From Octopus sinensis (taxonomy: Eukaryota): a stretch of 64,000 nt of DNA. The notes under the pieces were generated by a model. The model did no database searches. It was not told where the DNA came from and was given only the letters and a program-made list of their open reading frames with translations. The stretch is taken from NCBI RefSeq assembly GCF_006345805.1, contig NC_043016.1, positions 19,468,001-19,532,000 of the forward strand. The letters are read 5' to 3'. The position numbers and the translations under genes are program-made. Shown one piece after another: positions 26,022 through 41,000 of this stretch (the stretch's first letter is position 1; each line of letters begins with the position of its first letter).

Positions 26022-29000
26022 CTTCTTCTTCTTCTTCTTCTTCTTCTTCTTCTTCTTCTTCTTCTTCTTCTTCTTCTTCTTCTTCTTCTTCTTCTTCTTC
26101 TTCTTCTTCTTCTTCTTCTTCTTCTTCTTCTTCTTTCCGAGTTCAAATTCCGCTATGGTTGTCTTCACCTTTCATCCTTTTGGGGTCAATAAAATAAGTA
26201 CCAGTTGATCAACTGAGGTTGATGTTATCGACTTACCCCCTCCCCCAAAATTGCTGGCCATGTGCCAAAATTTGGAAGCATCACCATCATCATCATTATT
26301 ATTATTATCATTGCCTTTGCACAGCTTCTAACGCTAGAGACTAGCAGTGAACTAAGGTAACACCTCTTATTTTTTGAGCACCTTCTGGAGTATTCAAGTG
26401 GTTCCAGGCAGTACTGTTTTCTGCAAGTGTTCCACCCTTATTGCAGCCCCTATTTGTTCCACATACCTCTTGAGATTTTTTCTCACTATTCCCAGAGCTC
26501 GGACAGTTATTGGTACTACTGCTACCTTTTTCATTGACCCCAACTTCTTAACTTCCCAAGCTAACCTGTCATATCTCTCGACTTTTCTTTCTTCCTAATC
26601 ACATACCTTTATTATTATTATTATTATAATAATAAATAACTTCAACTGGTGTTTTACATTTTCTTTTGTGACTTCTTCATTGCAGCCAGTGATATCCTTC
26701 TTTCCCATATGATAACATTCCTAAATGACAAGGTAAGCCTTATTTACTTGCTTACAATCTTCAATACATATCACCTGTAAATTATATTCAGTAATCAAAA
26801 CATGTTATCAGCTAAATAGCATTTGTATAGTCGCTCAAGGTTACCATACCAAGTCTCATTCAGTGAGTTCACTTCAGTGAAAAGACTGTGGGATTGCCCT
26901 CTTCGAAGATACAAAGACCAACTCAAAGCAACACTAAAGGCCACTGGACTTGAGCCTAAACACAGGCTTAAGACTGTACCAAGTGACAGTGTTCCATCAC
27001 CATCGGAACCAAAAACTTGAAAGCGACCAGAAGAGAAAAGGAAGAAACGAAACAACAGGAAAGAAAGGCTTCACAAAATTCACCTTGTCCTCTGCCAACA
27101 TTACCATGCAGTCAATGCCATCAATTCTTCTATGCAAGAATTGGTCTACAGAGACAGAGTCATCAACAGCATCACCATAAAGGAAGCATTCAACAAAGAA
27201 GAAACTAAATTTCTTGGTTGGTCTGCTAAGAACAACTGCTAAGAGATTATGATTATCATCATCATCATCATCATCATCGTTTAGTGTCCGCTTTCCATGC
27301 TAGCATGGGTTGGACGGTTCAACTGGGGTCTGGGAAGCCAGAAGGCTTCATCAGGCCCAGTCAGATCTGGCAGTGTTTCTACGGCTGGATGCCCTTCCTA
27401 ACGCCAACCACTCTGTGAGTGTAGTGGGTGCTTTTTACGTGCCACCCGCACAGGTGCTAGACTGAGCTGGCAAACGGCCACGAATGGATAGTGCTTTTTA
27501 TGTGCACCGGCGAATTATTAATATTGAATTACATTTTAGATAAGAGTGGCAGGCCTATGTGGTGTGTATGTGTGCCCATCTCTTTAACCCTTTAACTTCA
27601 AAATTAAATTTCATGGTTATTCCAGTAATGTCAAATATCTATTTAAAATAGAACTGGTATTTTCTGCGGATCATGTTATTTCAATAAACTCGACATGGCT
27701 CAACATAGAATACTTTCAAACGTGGCATTCCTCAACAAAAAACGGATTGATGACTGTTAAACAAGGCCTCAGATATATGTATTCTTCAAACCATTACTCG
27801 CATGGAAAAATGGATGTAAAACATTCAAAAGTACCACACTATAATGAAACGAGATCTTACTTCACAGGTGGAAGTAGTTTCACAGACAACACAAAGAAAG
27901 GATGTGTGTACATCTATGAAATACTGTGGACTGATAGGAAATTTCACACTATAACTTAGGCATATGGTGTAAATAGCAACAGGGCAGACATTACTGGTTG
28001 TTTAAGAAACTTGCTTCCCAACCATGAAGTCTCTGGTTCAATCCTACTGCATGACACCTTAAGCAAGTTTCTTTAACTGTAGCCCTGGGCCTACCAAAGC
28101 ATTGTGAGTGAAATTTTTTTAATGGAACATGAAAGTAACTCGTGTATTTGTGTATAAATATATGTGTGTGTGTGTGTGGATATAGATATATCATCGTCAT
28201 CATCATTTAGCATCCGCTTTCCATGCTAGCATGGGTTGGACGGTTCAACTGGGATCTGGGAAGCCAGAAGGCTGCACCAGGCCCAGTCTGATCTGGCAAT
28301 GTTTCTACGGCTGGATGCCCTTCCTAACGTCAACCACTCTGAGAGTGTAGTGGGTGCTTTTTACATGCCACCAGCACAGCTGCCAGATGGGGCTGGCAAA
28401 CGGCCACAGTCGGATGGTGCTTTTTACGTGCCACCAGCACGGGGGCCAGGCAAGGCTGGCAACGGCCATGATCGGATGGTGCTTTTTATGTGCCACCGAC
28501 ACAGAGGCCTGTCGGGGCGGAATATAGATATACATACGTATGTGTTCGTATGTGTTCGTATGTACCCTTGTTTGGACATCAAATGATGGTTGTAGATGAG
28601 CATCACCAGTACATAAGCAAAGGTGTTCATTTCTAGTTGTCTATGTCTGGCCTAGGTTTAACGTTATTTTGCTTTGCAACAGGAAGAGCATCTGGCCATA
28701 GAAAATCCCGCAGTGAATTTGATCTGATACATGCAGTTGTGGAAAAGTTGATGTTAAAATGAAGGTGATGATGATATACACATATACAGACACTCAAATA
28801 TTTGTATTTATTTTGTAACATATCACATTGGCCAGACACATTTTGTACAGAAGACTGGAAATGAATGACATTGCTTATATACAAAGAAATTTGCATTTCC
28901 TTTTTTTGTTTTTTGGCTTGCTATGAATTTTAAAGTCTTGTATTTAAAATGATTTTGAAGAATGTTACGTTGCAAAATTTTTCTTTGTGTTTCAGCTTGA

Positions 29001-32000
29001 TTGGCAGTTAAGGGCTTCATTTTTTGAGAATGTTGTTGGTGTAGCTGCTTACGTGGGATGGCAAAGCTCATGTGTTTTGAAACCACTCATACAACAGGTA
29101 AGCCACATGGATGACAAGATGCCCTTGTAGTTTAACAGCAAGAATTGAGTTATAAAAAAAAATTGTCCTTTGTTCTTCTGTGATTTGACATGGTAATGAT
29201 AATGATTGTTAGCAAACAAAGGTCTTCAGAAGCTGTAATTGGGGTTCTTTCTATTTGTAATTCTGCTCTACTAGAACAGGTGAAAGGTAGATAATAACAG
29301 CAATAATAAATGTCACCAGTCTGTGGTGCAGTTTCAAACTCAGTACAACCTGGTAGCATCAAATACACAATGCTCAGCTTGCTTACATCTGTTTGCAGCT
29401 AGACCTACTGAGCTGATGAGAGTTGAGTATTTTTGTATAATGTAGGTGATGGTACCAATTAACCATAAGCCTTTCAGCCAGTAGGAACCCCCAGATCCAA
29501 ACAACTTAACCCTTAACATTTAAACCAGCCATATCATCGTCGTTCGTCATTTAACGTCCGTTTTCCATGCTAGCATGGGTTGGACGGTTCGACTGGGATC
29601 TGGGAAGCCAGAAGGCTGCACCAGGCTCCAGTCTGATCTGGTAGTGTTTCTGCAGCTGGATGCCCTTCCTAACGCCAACCACTCCGTGAGTGTAGTGGGT
29701 GTTTTTTACGTGCCAGGCAAGGCTGGCAATGGCCACGATTGGATTGGTGCTTTTTACGTGCCACTGGCACGGAAGCCAGTCAAGGCGGCGCTGGCATCAG
29801 GGATCACAACTACCAGCTCAAATATTCTACTTTTGACAGAGCAATCTGAATGCTAAAGTGTTTATACAACTATAATTCTTAATTATAGTTGCATGGTTTT
29901 TTTTTTTCAAGACTGTGCACATCTAATGTACACTTTAACCCCTTAGCATTTAAATTGTCCATATCCAGTCCAAATATACTACTTGTTTTATGTTCAAACT
30001 GCCTAGATATATCCTTCCACATCTACCCTACAATGTCATTCTAAAAATAAACAATCGCTTCATTGAAATCTTGAAGCTACGAGATAATGCGCGACTATTG
30101 AAAACAATGTGAATAAATAAACTTTACATTTGTGAAAGAAATTTGGATGTTAAAGGATTAAACTACTGATACCTTTTATTTATTTATTTTATTATTTCTC
30201 TTCCTTTTTAGGGTCTTAGTGACAGTGAAGAGTTTGTAATTTATAGATCTCTAGGAGCGCTATCAGCTCTAGTAGAACTGGGCCTTATTCAGAAGATTAT
30301 GCTTTATGATTTCATCCAGGAAGTTGTACCATTTTTAGCACATCCTGTAAGTATTTTGAAAAATTTTTCTTAATTTGGTAACTACTTTTTTTTTTTCTCT
30401 TAACATCATAATGTAAGGGAAAATAATTTAAATTAACTAATTATTTTCATGAAGTATTTGTAAAAATAGTTAGTAAATGAACAGAGGCACAATAGCATCA
30501 AGAGGACCAAATAGTCTTGTAAAGATAACAACAGTTCTTTAGTGTTGTTGCTACAGTGAGACACAGCTATAAAGTGGCTGGTGTTAGAAAGGGCATCCAG
30601 TCAAAGAAACCATTCCAATAAATCTTTATATATAAAATTGAAGTTGTGTGTGTGAGACTCTGTCTCCTCCGATTTAGATTCCTAGCTACTCCCACATTTT
30701 GCGGTGCAGTTTAACCAAAAGCGGGTATCTTATAGTCGTCATTCATATCGAGCCCTTCTGGGTATTAGTGTGCATCTACAATGAGTCTACAATTTTAAAA
30801 AAATTTACCATCATTTTCCGCATTTTTTATGATTTTTGCTCGGGTTATATAAGGGAAGTAACTCTCTAAAAATGCTTATATAGTTATTTCCCTTACAAAC
30901 CCGAGCAACGCCGGGCGATACTGCTAGTAAGACATACAAGCATGACATGGCGCTCTTACCAACCTGTACTGGCACATAAAGTGGTGATTGTGGAAGTGGT
31001 GGTGGCAATGGCAGCAGCAGCCAAGAACTGGTTTTCTCTTATTTTAAAACCATCCGTAGGTTTTGATTTGTCTATTAATATTAAGGCTGACTTTGTCTTT
31101 CATCCTTTCTGGGTCAATAAAATAAATACCAGTCAAACACTGTGGTCAATGCAATCAACTACACCCCCCCCCCCTACATCCTCCAAAATTTTTCAGTCCT
31201 TGTGCCATTAATAGAAAGAATTATTTTTATTTTAAACTGTTTTATATTAAGTTGCTCAAATCAGGATGGATGGTATCTCTCTTTTACTCTTTTACTTGTT
31301 TCAGTCATTTGACTGTGGCCATGCTGGAGCACTGCCTTTAATCGAGCAACTCGACCCCGGGACTTATTCTTTTGTAAGCCCAGTACTTATTCTATCGGTC
31401 TCTTTTGCCGAACCGCTAAGTAACGGGGACATAAACACACCAGCATCGGTTGTCAAGCAATGCTAGGGGGACAAACACAGACGCACAAACACACACACGC
31501 ATATATATATATATATATACATATATACGACGGGCTTCTTTCAGTTTCCGTCTACACAACAACAACAATACTGATCACCTTTCCAGCCTATGGCACACTA
31601 TTGAATTCAACACAATTAGTTAGCATCAATTACATGAAGCTCAGTTTGCTTATGGCTGTGAACTGTAGCTCTGAGTCACATCGATTTATGGCTAGACAGA
31701 CTGAGCTGTCAATTCAATAGCTAAAATACAGCTCAACAATCAACAACAGATTCAGAGGATGACCACATGAATCTCACAGCTGTTGTAGCCCAAAACAAAA
31801 TTCTGCAATCCCTGGGTTACTGACGTTGGCCTTCATTGCCAGTTTTGTTATTTTTCCATTTACTTTTCATATATTCACTTTAGAAACGTGTCTTCTGTTA
31901 TAGCCCCAGGCCAGCAAAAGCCTCGAGAGTGGATTTGGTAAATGGAAACTGAAAGAAGCCTGTTGTGCATGCATTACTATCTCTTTGCCTTGACATCGCA

Positions 32001-35000
32001 TGATAGTTGTAAACTAATGTTACTGTCATGCAAATGATGTCTTTGATTTCCATTTTTCTGTGAAAGCATTTCTGCTCTTCATTGCTTAGAACAGACCAAA
32101 TCACTGATTGTTAGGAATTATTACCAGACGCACAACAGATCACTGCTGACAGCATACTTGCCATTACACCAAACTAGATGAGCATATCTCACTTCCTAGC
32201 ACTTTAGGCAAGTTTCTTATACCCATAACTTCAAGTGACTCAAAACTTGTGAGTAAAAATTATAAAGTCAGAAACCCATTGTATGGTCTGTAACTATCTT
32301 TCAGTTGTGAACTTAATCTGCTGACCAGTTTAACACCACAACCTGACTTTTGGGTGTATTTAACAGAGTCCATTCTTTTGTGAGAAATTCTGAACAGGTC
32401 TCTGGTTTTCTCCTCCCTTTCTGTCAACATTCTTGAAAGTTTTATCAAAAATCCTTCTCTGACTAAAGAACTCTGTTATATCATATTTTTCCTTTAAGAT
32501 AGAATCAGGATTTTTTTTTTTTAAGACAGAAGTTGTGAGGAAGTTATATGGATACTATCTGGGCTCTTAATTTAATCAGTAAATTAACAACACCTTGTGA
32601 TTTCAACATGATTAAATATAAATTCTTGCTTCTTTTTCAGGGAATATGGGTAAGGCAAGGAGCAATAGGTTTTATTACTGCTGTGGCTCATGTTTTAAAT
32701 GTTGCAGATGTTCACTGCAACTTAATACCTCGAGTTAGAATGTTCCTGAAACAAAGTGTCCTTCATATTGACCAAAAAGTAAGTACTTCTCAAGCATTTT
32801 CTACTGATGAAATCATCATCATCATCGTCATCATTAAACATCCACCTTCCAAGCTGGCATGGGTGGGATGGCTTGACTGGAGCTGGCCAGGCAGAAGCCT
32901 GCACCATACTTCTGTGTCTGTTATGGAAGGGTTTCTACAGCTGGATGCCCTTCCTAACACCAACCAACCAGCACTTTTTTTTTACACACACACTCTTATC
33001 ATCTCTTTCTCTGTTTCAATTTATGAACAATGACAACTTCAAAGATAGATTTATCTTGTTCACAGTTCAACCCTTATTGATACCACCCTGTCTGAGATTC
33101 CATCCCGCGTTCTCATTATCATCCTGTCTTACATTATGTTCACCAATTACCTCCTTTCTATGCCTCCAGTTATCTCTCACCTCTTCTGCTATACTTCACT
33201 TTAATATCTCTTATATCTGTTATCAGTACCAACACCCTGCAACTGTGGGGAAATTAAATGATAACTATTATAGTAACACATCATCATTATCCTCATCATC
33301 ATCGTTTAGTGTCCGCTTTCCATGCTAGCATGGGTTGGACGGTTCAACTGGGGTCTGGGAAGCCAGAAGGCTGCACCAGGCCCAGTCTGATCTGGCAATG
33401 TTTCTACGGCTGGATACCCTTCCTAACGCCAACCACTCCGTGAGTGTAGTGGGTGCTTTTTACGTGCCACCGGCACAGGTGCCAGACGAGGCTGGCAAAC
33501 GGCCACGATCGGATGGTGCTTTTTACGTGCCACTGGCACGGTGGCCAGTTGGGGCGACACTGGCTGATTTTTAAAAGTCAGCAGCAAACTTGTTACAGCT
33601 GTTATGTTTTCTAATTAACAGAAAACAGTTGGCTTTGAGATTATTTTCAATAACAATAATTTGTAATTGCTATGTTATGCTAGATAAGTGCTCTTTTGTG
33701 TATTGGTTGCAAATTGCATGTGCACATATGATGCAGTATCCTGTTTCTAAGTTCTGTCTCACAATTAAGCAGGATTTAAATTATAACATCTCATATAAAC
33801 TCTCAAAGAACATCTTATTTCAAATTCTAATTGAAAATATTTATAATTCTTGGACTATTTTTCTGAGTATTTCCTCATTCTGTAACTAACCATATTTAGC
33901 CATTTTATTTAAGCATAATTTATTTTGTATACCCTTTTTTCTTTTATCTTCTCCCTACTATTTCTTGCAGCATATTCTGTTAAATTGTGTTGGTGAATCA
34001 GTACCCCGGGCTGTGTTTGACTATATCGTTCGATCACCTAATGTCGACGGTATATACGATGTTTTATTGAAAGGCAGTGAGAATCGTAAAACAATGAGGC
34101 GGGGCCATAAATCACCATATCCTGACTTAGATGATAATATGTCTCCCGTAAGTATTTCTATTATCTGATTGTTGTGATAAACACAAAACACACATTTTTT
34201 TTTTTGCATTTTTTTTTGTTGTTGTTGCTGTTTTTTTGCCCCCTAATAAATAGATCTATTTTCTGTGTTTACAGGGGAAATGATTTATTTATTGGTGCAA
34301 ATGGTTTTACAATTTGCTATCCTTCTTTCCTATGAGTTGTCATTATTATCTTCTCAATTCTCAAATTGAAGAACTTTTTTTGTAGTGAAGAAGAGTTATT
34401 ATAGAAGTAGGTTGATGATCCCAGCTAATGACAGTGTTGTAAGAAGGTTGCTTCCCAACCACATGGTTCCAAGTTCAGTCCCACTGCATAGCACTTTGGA
34501 CAAGTGTCTTCTACTTTAGCCTCAAGCTGATCAAAGCCTTATGAGTGGATTTGGTAGACGGAAACTGAAAGAAACCTGTCACACACACACACACACACAT
34601 GACCTAGATGTCTTGCACTTTGCTTGTTTCTGGGTTCCTTGATTTTACTAGTGAGAGTCATTGTGGTGTTGTGCATATTACACTTGGCTTAAAAGTCTTG
34701 CACAGACATTGCTGGCACTACCTCTCACTGATGGTCAGGCTCATCTAATGAGTAGACAGCCATCATATATGTGTGTATGTATGTTTGTTTACCTATATCT
34801 CTGTGTCACTCTTATATAAGCAGTGTCGTTCATTTCCAATATTTTATGAAAATATGTCTGGCCTCGGGGAAATATCCACTTGCTTGGAAACCGGTGTGTG
34901 TTGGTGACAGGAAGAGCATCCGGCTGTAGAAAATCTACCTCAAATAAACTCCTAATGACCCATGCAAGCATGGTAAAGCGGATATTAAAATGATGATGAC

Positions 35001-38000
35001 ATTATGTATATCTGGGTAGAGGGTGTGGCAGTGCCACGAAAACTGAGAAGCCAGCCCTGTGTGAGTCTATGAGAGTGAATGTGTGTCTGTGTGTGTGTGT
35101 GCCTCTTTGTCTTGATATTACATGGTAGTTGTAAGTGTGTGTCACTGTCATACAAGCAGTGTGATTTGTTTCCAATGTTCTGCAAAAACATGTCAATTCA
35201 GAAGCGAATAACACCTTGCTTGGAAAGAGGTGAAAGTTGGCAACATGAAGGGCATCTAACCAAGAAACAAAATCTACCTCAACAAATTTTATCTGATCCT
35301 TATTATTCAAATTATAATGACGAGCTGAAAAGATTATGAATATGGCATCTGATATTTATTCTTCTACAGATTTTTCGGAAGCTCTTTTCCCTTGGAATGA
35401 GTGAACTAACTGAAGAGAAATTGCTTGTAAGTACATCTTAAAGTTTGTTAGAATGTTTAGTCTGTTTCTTAATTAACTCTAAAATCCATATCAGAAAATT
35501 TATTTTCATTAGGCAGTTTAGAATTTAATATTCCCTAGTTTCTCTTTTTTTACTTTTCTTGTAAGTTCAGTATTTAGTAAATGAACTTTCACTCAACAAA
35601 TTTTCTCACTCTCTACAAACCCAAATCATGCAACTTTGAAATAGAACTAAATAGTTCATTATGTACATTATTTACATTTGTTGGATATTTGTCCTCATCT
35701 TGTTTGTTATTAACACAACGTTTCGGCTGATATACCCTCCACCCTTCATCAAGTGTCTTGGAGAAATTTCTAACCTGGGTTCTCGTTCCTAGGGTATTTT
35801 TCGATGTTATTATTATCATTATTCAGGTCACTGCCTAGAATCGTTCTCGGAATCTTGGGGTTAGTAGCCTGTGCTCTTAACCACTATGCAGTGAACAATA
35901 ATAATAATAATAACAACAACAACAACATCGAAAAATACCTTAGGAATGAGAACCCAGGTTCGAAATTTCCCCAAGACACCTGAAGAAGGCTGGAGGGTAT
36001 ATCAGCAACAAGATGAGGACAAATATCTGTCAAATGTAAATAATGTACATAATTCCTCATTTCTTAAATATAGAACTGAACTAAATAGTTTATGTATTTT
36101 TTATATAAAGTCAATGTAAATATAAAATTCTAAGAAACATTTCTCTCCAGTAACTGAACAATTCATCAGTTGTTTACTATATTTTTGAGACATAAAGTAT
36201 ACTAAAGCATGCAGATGTTTTACAGTTCCAACAGACAAAATGGCAAATGCACCACCCTGAAAGAAAGGAGAAAGTGATGGGCCCAAAAAGCCATTCAACC
36301 TCAAGGGTCTTGTTCTTGTGGATGGCTGAGGCTCTGGAACTATGATATTTCTAGGTTTGAAAAGAAAACTGTAGGATAGCAACCAAAACTTAGAGTGCAA
36401 TATTGTACCTGTCAATGTTACTTTCTTAAGCTTTTCACTCGCTATGGAACAAAGACCATCTGCAAGTTTTCTCCACTCTTCTTAACTGAGGGTTCTCTTT
36501 AAGGTCTTCCTCTCCCAAGTCTTGTTGGTTTTGAATTACTATGCCTTGTTCTAGGTAGGTGTGTTGGCCCTACACAAACCCCTTTTTACCTGTAGGTTGT
36601 GGTACTAATATTAGGGCGGCGAGCTGGCAGAAACGTTAGCACGCCAGGCGAGATGCTTAGTGGTATTTCGTCTGCCGTTATGTTCTGAGTTCAAATTCTG
36701 CCACGGTCGACTTTACCTGTCATCCTTTCGGGGTCGATAAATTAAGTACCAGTGACGCACTGGGGTCGATGTTATCGACTTAATCCCTTTGTCTGTCCTT
36801 GTTTGTCCCCTCTGTGTGTAGCCTCTTGTGGGCAGTAAAGAAATAGGTACTAATATTAGTTTGGTCTCTATCCTTTGACCTGTATAGCATTGGAGGACTA
36901 CCAGAAGCTTGTACTCAGCTGGCATAGTACACAGGGTCATTGAAGTACACAAACTACTACACTGCAACAACAACAGGACTTTGTGTTAGGCTTGTCAGTG
37001 TAAATCAAAATTATGTTCTTTGTCTATGAGTATGAGGGGGTGTTGAAAAGTCTCTGGCTTTGGGCAAAAGAAAATACAGGAGGATCAGTTGATTATGATT
37101 TTACTCAACATATTCTCCCCTCAGATTCACACATTTATTGCAGCAGTCCTTCAATTTTTCTAAGCCCTGTAAAAAGAACTCAGAAGGTTGAGCTTTCAAC
37201 CAGTCCTTTCACGACAACCTTAACCCTTTAGTGTTCAGATTATTCTGTCAAATGTGAGGCTTATTTATTCACATTGATATGAATTAGTCATGCATTATCT
37301 TGTAGTTTATAGATTTCAGTGATGTGGTTTTTTTAATTTTAGAATGACATGGTAAGGCTGAGGTAAGAGGCAAGCTCTGGTCAGTTTCAATATAAAACAG
37401 GTTAAATATATTGGCTGGATATGGCCGGTTTGAATGCTAAAGAGTTAAAGCCAGGGATTTTTCAGCACCTCATCATATGTACTTCCAACTGTAATGAGAT
37501 AGAAAGCTGTGATTTTCAGAGTCTGCTCTGCCTTAATCACACAACCACTAACTATTTCTTTATATTAATTTGTCTCTTATATTTATGTCCTTCATAGGCC
37601 ATGAAAGAATTCATATTGAAACTCAACAGGTCTCGGTCCAGGTAAGTTTAATTATACTTACTCTTTACTCTTTTACTTGTTTCAGTCATTTGACTGCTGC
37701 CATGCTGGAGCACCGCCTTTAATCGAGCAACTCGACCCCACGACTTATTCTTTGTAAGCCTAGTACTTATTCTATCGGTCTCTTTTGCCAAACTGCCAAG
37801 TGACGGGGACATAAACACACCAGCATCGGTTGTCAAGCAATGCTAGGGGGACAAACACAGACACACAAACACACACGCACATATATATATATATACATAT
37901 ATACGACGAGCTTCTTTCAGTTTCTGTCTACCAAATCCACTCACAAGGCTTTGGTCGGCCCGAGGCTATAGTAGAAGACACTTGCCCAAGGTGCTACGCA

Positions 38001-41000
38001 GTGGGACTGAACCCGGAACCATGTGGTTGGTAAGCAAGCTACTTACCACACAGCTACTCCTGCGCCTATTACTTATATTACTTTCATAAAAATATTTGTT
38101 TGCTTTATATTCTGTTATTCTTCTCCAATTTTCAGTCATTGGGCTGCAGCCATACTGGAGCACTGTCTTCGAAGTTTTTTTTTTCTTTAATCAATTATAT
38201 TGCTCCTTGTACTTGTTTCTGTTTTATTATTATTTTTTTTATTGATTATTATTTTATTGAATTACCTTTGGAAACACCAGTTTATACATAAACACCGAAA
38301 CATATATGCACAGCATGCATAAATATGCAACAAGCTCATACATGCATAAGGCTCTTCCATACAGTTTCCTTCTGCTAGCTTTCACTCACAAATATTGGTC
38401 AACCTGGCACTACCGATAAACACACTTTCCTAAGATGCCATGTTTTGGGGGATCAAAGCCAGGGCCACATGGTTGCCAAGTGAACTTCACCACACAGTTG
38501 TGAATGTTTACTATTTTACTTGTTTTTGTTGTTCTTTATCCTAAATTCTGATGTCTTTTGATTCATCATCATCGTTTAACGTCTGCTTTCCATGCTAGCA
38601 TGGGTTGGACGATTTTGACTGAGGGCTGGCGAACCAGATGGCTGCACCAGGCTCCAATCTTGATCTGGCAGAGTTTCTACAGCTGGATGCCCTCCCTGAC
38701 GCCAACCACTCCGAGAGTGTAGTGGGTGCTTTTTATGTACATGCCACCGGCACAGGTGCCATTGGCTTCAGGTCACACACACACATATATACAGAGGAAC
38801 AAACATATATGTATATGAATCAGTGGCACCTTAGCCATCCAAGAGGGTTAATTGTAGACAATAGCACTGCATGTAGCAGCAGCACAGTATCCAGGGGCCC
38901 ATGACCTGGATGTGCCTGACCACCTTAGAGTATAAGGAGTTAAGAGCCTAAAACACTTGCTTAAGGGAGAAGAGAGGGAGCATCTTCTCTGAAGATTTTC
39001 TGCTGTACAGCTCTCCCTAGAGTTTCTTACTGCTTGCACCAAGTTGTGTCTGTTCACTTGCCATCAGTTCTATTGTTCTTAAAGGTTTATAGGGAGTTGT
39101 TTCTTTAAAATAATCATTAAACATATATCAATTAAATATCACCGTTTGTTTTATTTGTAGTTCTGTTGAAGCAGTATTTGCTGAAATAGATGATGACTGC
39201 TCACGAGGAAAATTGAACCTGCGTCATCTAGGTAACACATTTACACGAAGACATGCTGATCTCTTCAAACCTAAAGATACCCGAACAGAAACACCAAATT
39301 CCCCTGCTAGGTATCTATTATTTTTAGTTCTTTTTCGTTTTTTGGATTATTAGGTATATTGTTCAATCTGCTACCTTTTTCTCCATACCTCTAATCTGTA
39401 CCCTTATCCTGTTCTCTCCCATCCAATATTTTGTTCATATTCTGGCCACCTCATTTTCTATTTCAAGTTTTAATAATATAACAATTGTTAAATGAAGGCC
39501 CTGGAGGGGAATTAGCAAATGTTATGGCCATAATGAAAAATGCTAATGCTGAAAATAATATGATGGAGATGAGATAATTGGTCATGTTAAGTTTGTTGTT
39601 TGAATATCCTTTGTATAAAGTGACTCTCAGATACTTACTGTATATATTTTATATATCAAATCTTGTATATTTTTTCTTGACATATTTACTATGTATCCTA
39701 CCTATATATAGCTAGGAACATAAATTCATGTGCAGCTAAGGTACCCAGCAATCAGACCAAAGATCAAGAGTTCATATCCTGACAATGTATTGTCTGTAAT
39801 CAGGACATTTAACTGTCAATTAACTGAGTCTACTTAGTTGTAAATCGACACCACCAGACAGCAGATGACACTTTTCTGAGTATTGTGAGTACTGTTAAAA
39901 AAACAACAACTTGTAATACTAAATTTAACTTATTCTGTGTCGCTGTTAGCCATTGAGTTACAGGTCTTGTCACTTGCCATACATCATAACCATCATCATC
40001 ATTTAACGTCCATTGTCCATGTTGGCATGGGTTGGGTGGTTTGACCAGAGCTGGTAAGCTGAGGAGCTGCACCAGACTCCAGTCTGGTTTTGCATAGTTT
40101 CCACTGCTCATCATCATTTACTATGTTACGCCAGACTTCACGGTCCATCATAGCATTACGGAGGTCCTGTTGCTGGATGCCTGTATCCCTGGAGATTACA
40201 TCAGGGTAGGAGAGTGTGCGCCCTCTGGTATTGCGAGTAGATGGCTTCCAGAGGAGAAGAGTAGAAATTACTTCTTTTTCAGCTCTGCAACAATGTCCAG
40301 CAAACTGGGCTCTTCTACCTTTCACAAGAGATGATACAGGTGGTAGTTTCCCATATATTTGCATTTTGGTTGGATGGTGCTTCCACGAGAGATTTTGAGC
40401 TCTCATAAGGAGGAGAGTATAGGTTCCATCCAACCACCTCTCAAGCTTCTTTGATAACGTCCAGGTTTCTGAGCCATATAGTATAATTGGTTCGACTGTG
40501 GCTTTGAAGATTTCAAGTTTGAAGTCTCTACTTAGATTTGATGACCAGATCTTATGCATGTCATCCACTGCTGGATGCCCTTCCTAACACCAAACACTTT
40601 ACAAAATGTGCTGGGTGCTTTCATATGGTGCCACACAGGCACTTCTACATAGTACTGCACAGGTGCTTTTATGTGGCACCGGAGCAGGACTCTTGCAGAT
40701 CAATCCTCACCACCAGGGGGACTGGTCTTAATACTTCCGCTGCAGAGTATGGGTCTTCTTGAGTACAGCAAGGCACCAAGCTATCAGATATATAATTGCT
40801 AAATATTCTGTCAATATGATATCTATAGTTTATCCTTGTTATCAGATATTTTATTCAATATTCAGATATTTACACTCTATTTTAAGTTTCTCAACATTTT
40901 TAATTAAAGTTGTTTTATTAATTATACGCATAATATTTAATGTTGTTATTTTCTCTATTCAACTATAGATCACGAAGAAAAAAAAGTCCCCAATTAGATA

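Noticed and set aside
25894-26208. Poly-Phe/Ser/Arg ORFs
   Set aside because: Translations of the (TTC)n microsatellite.
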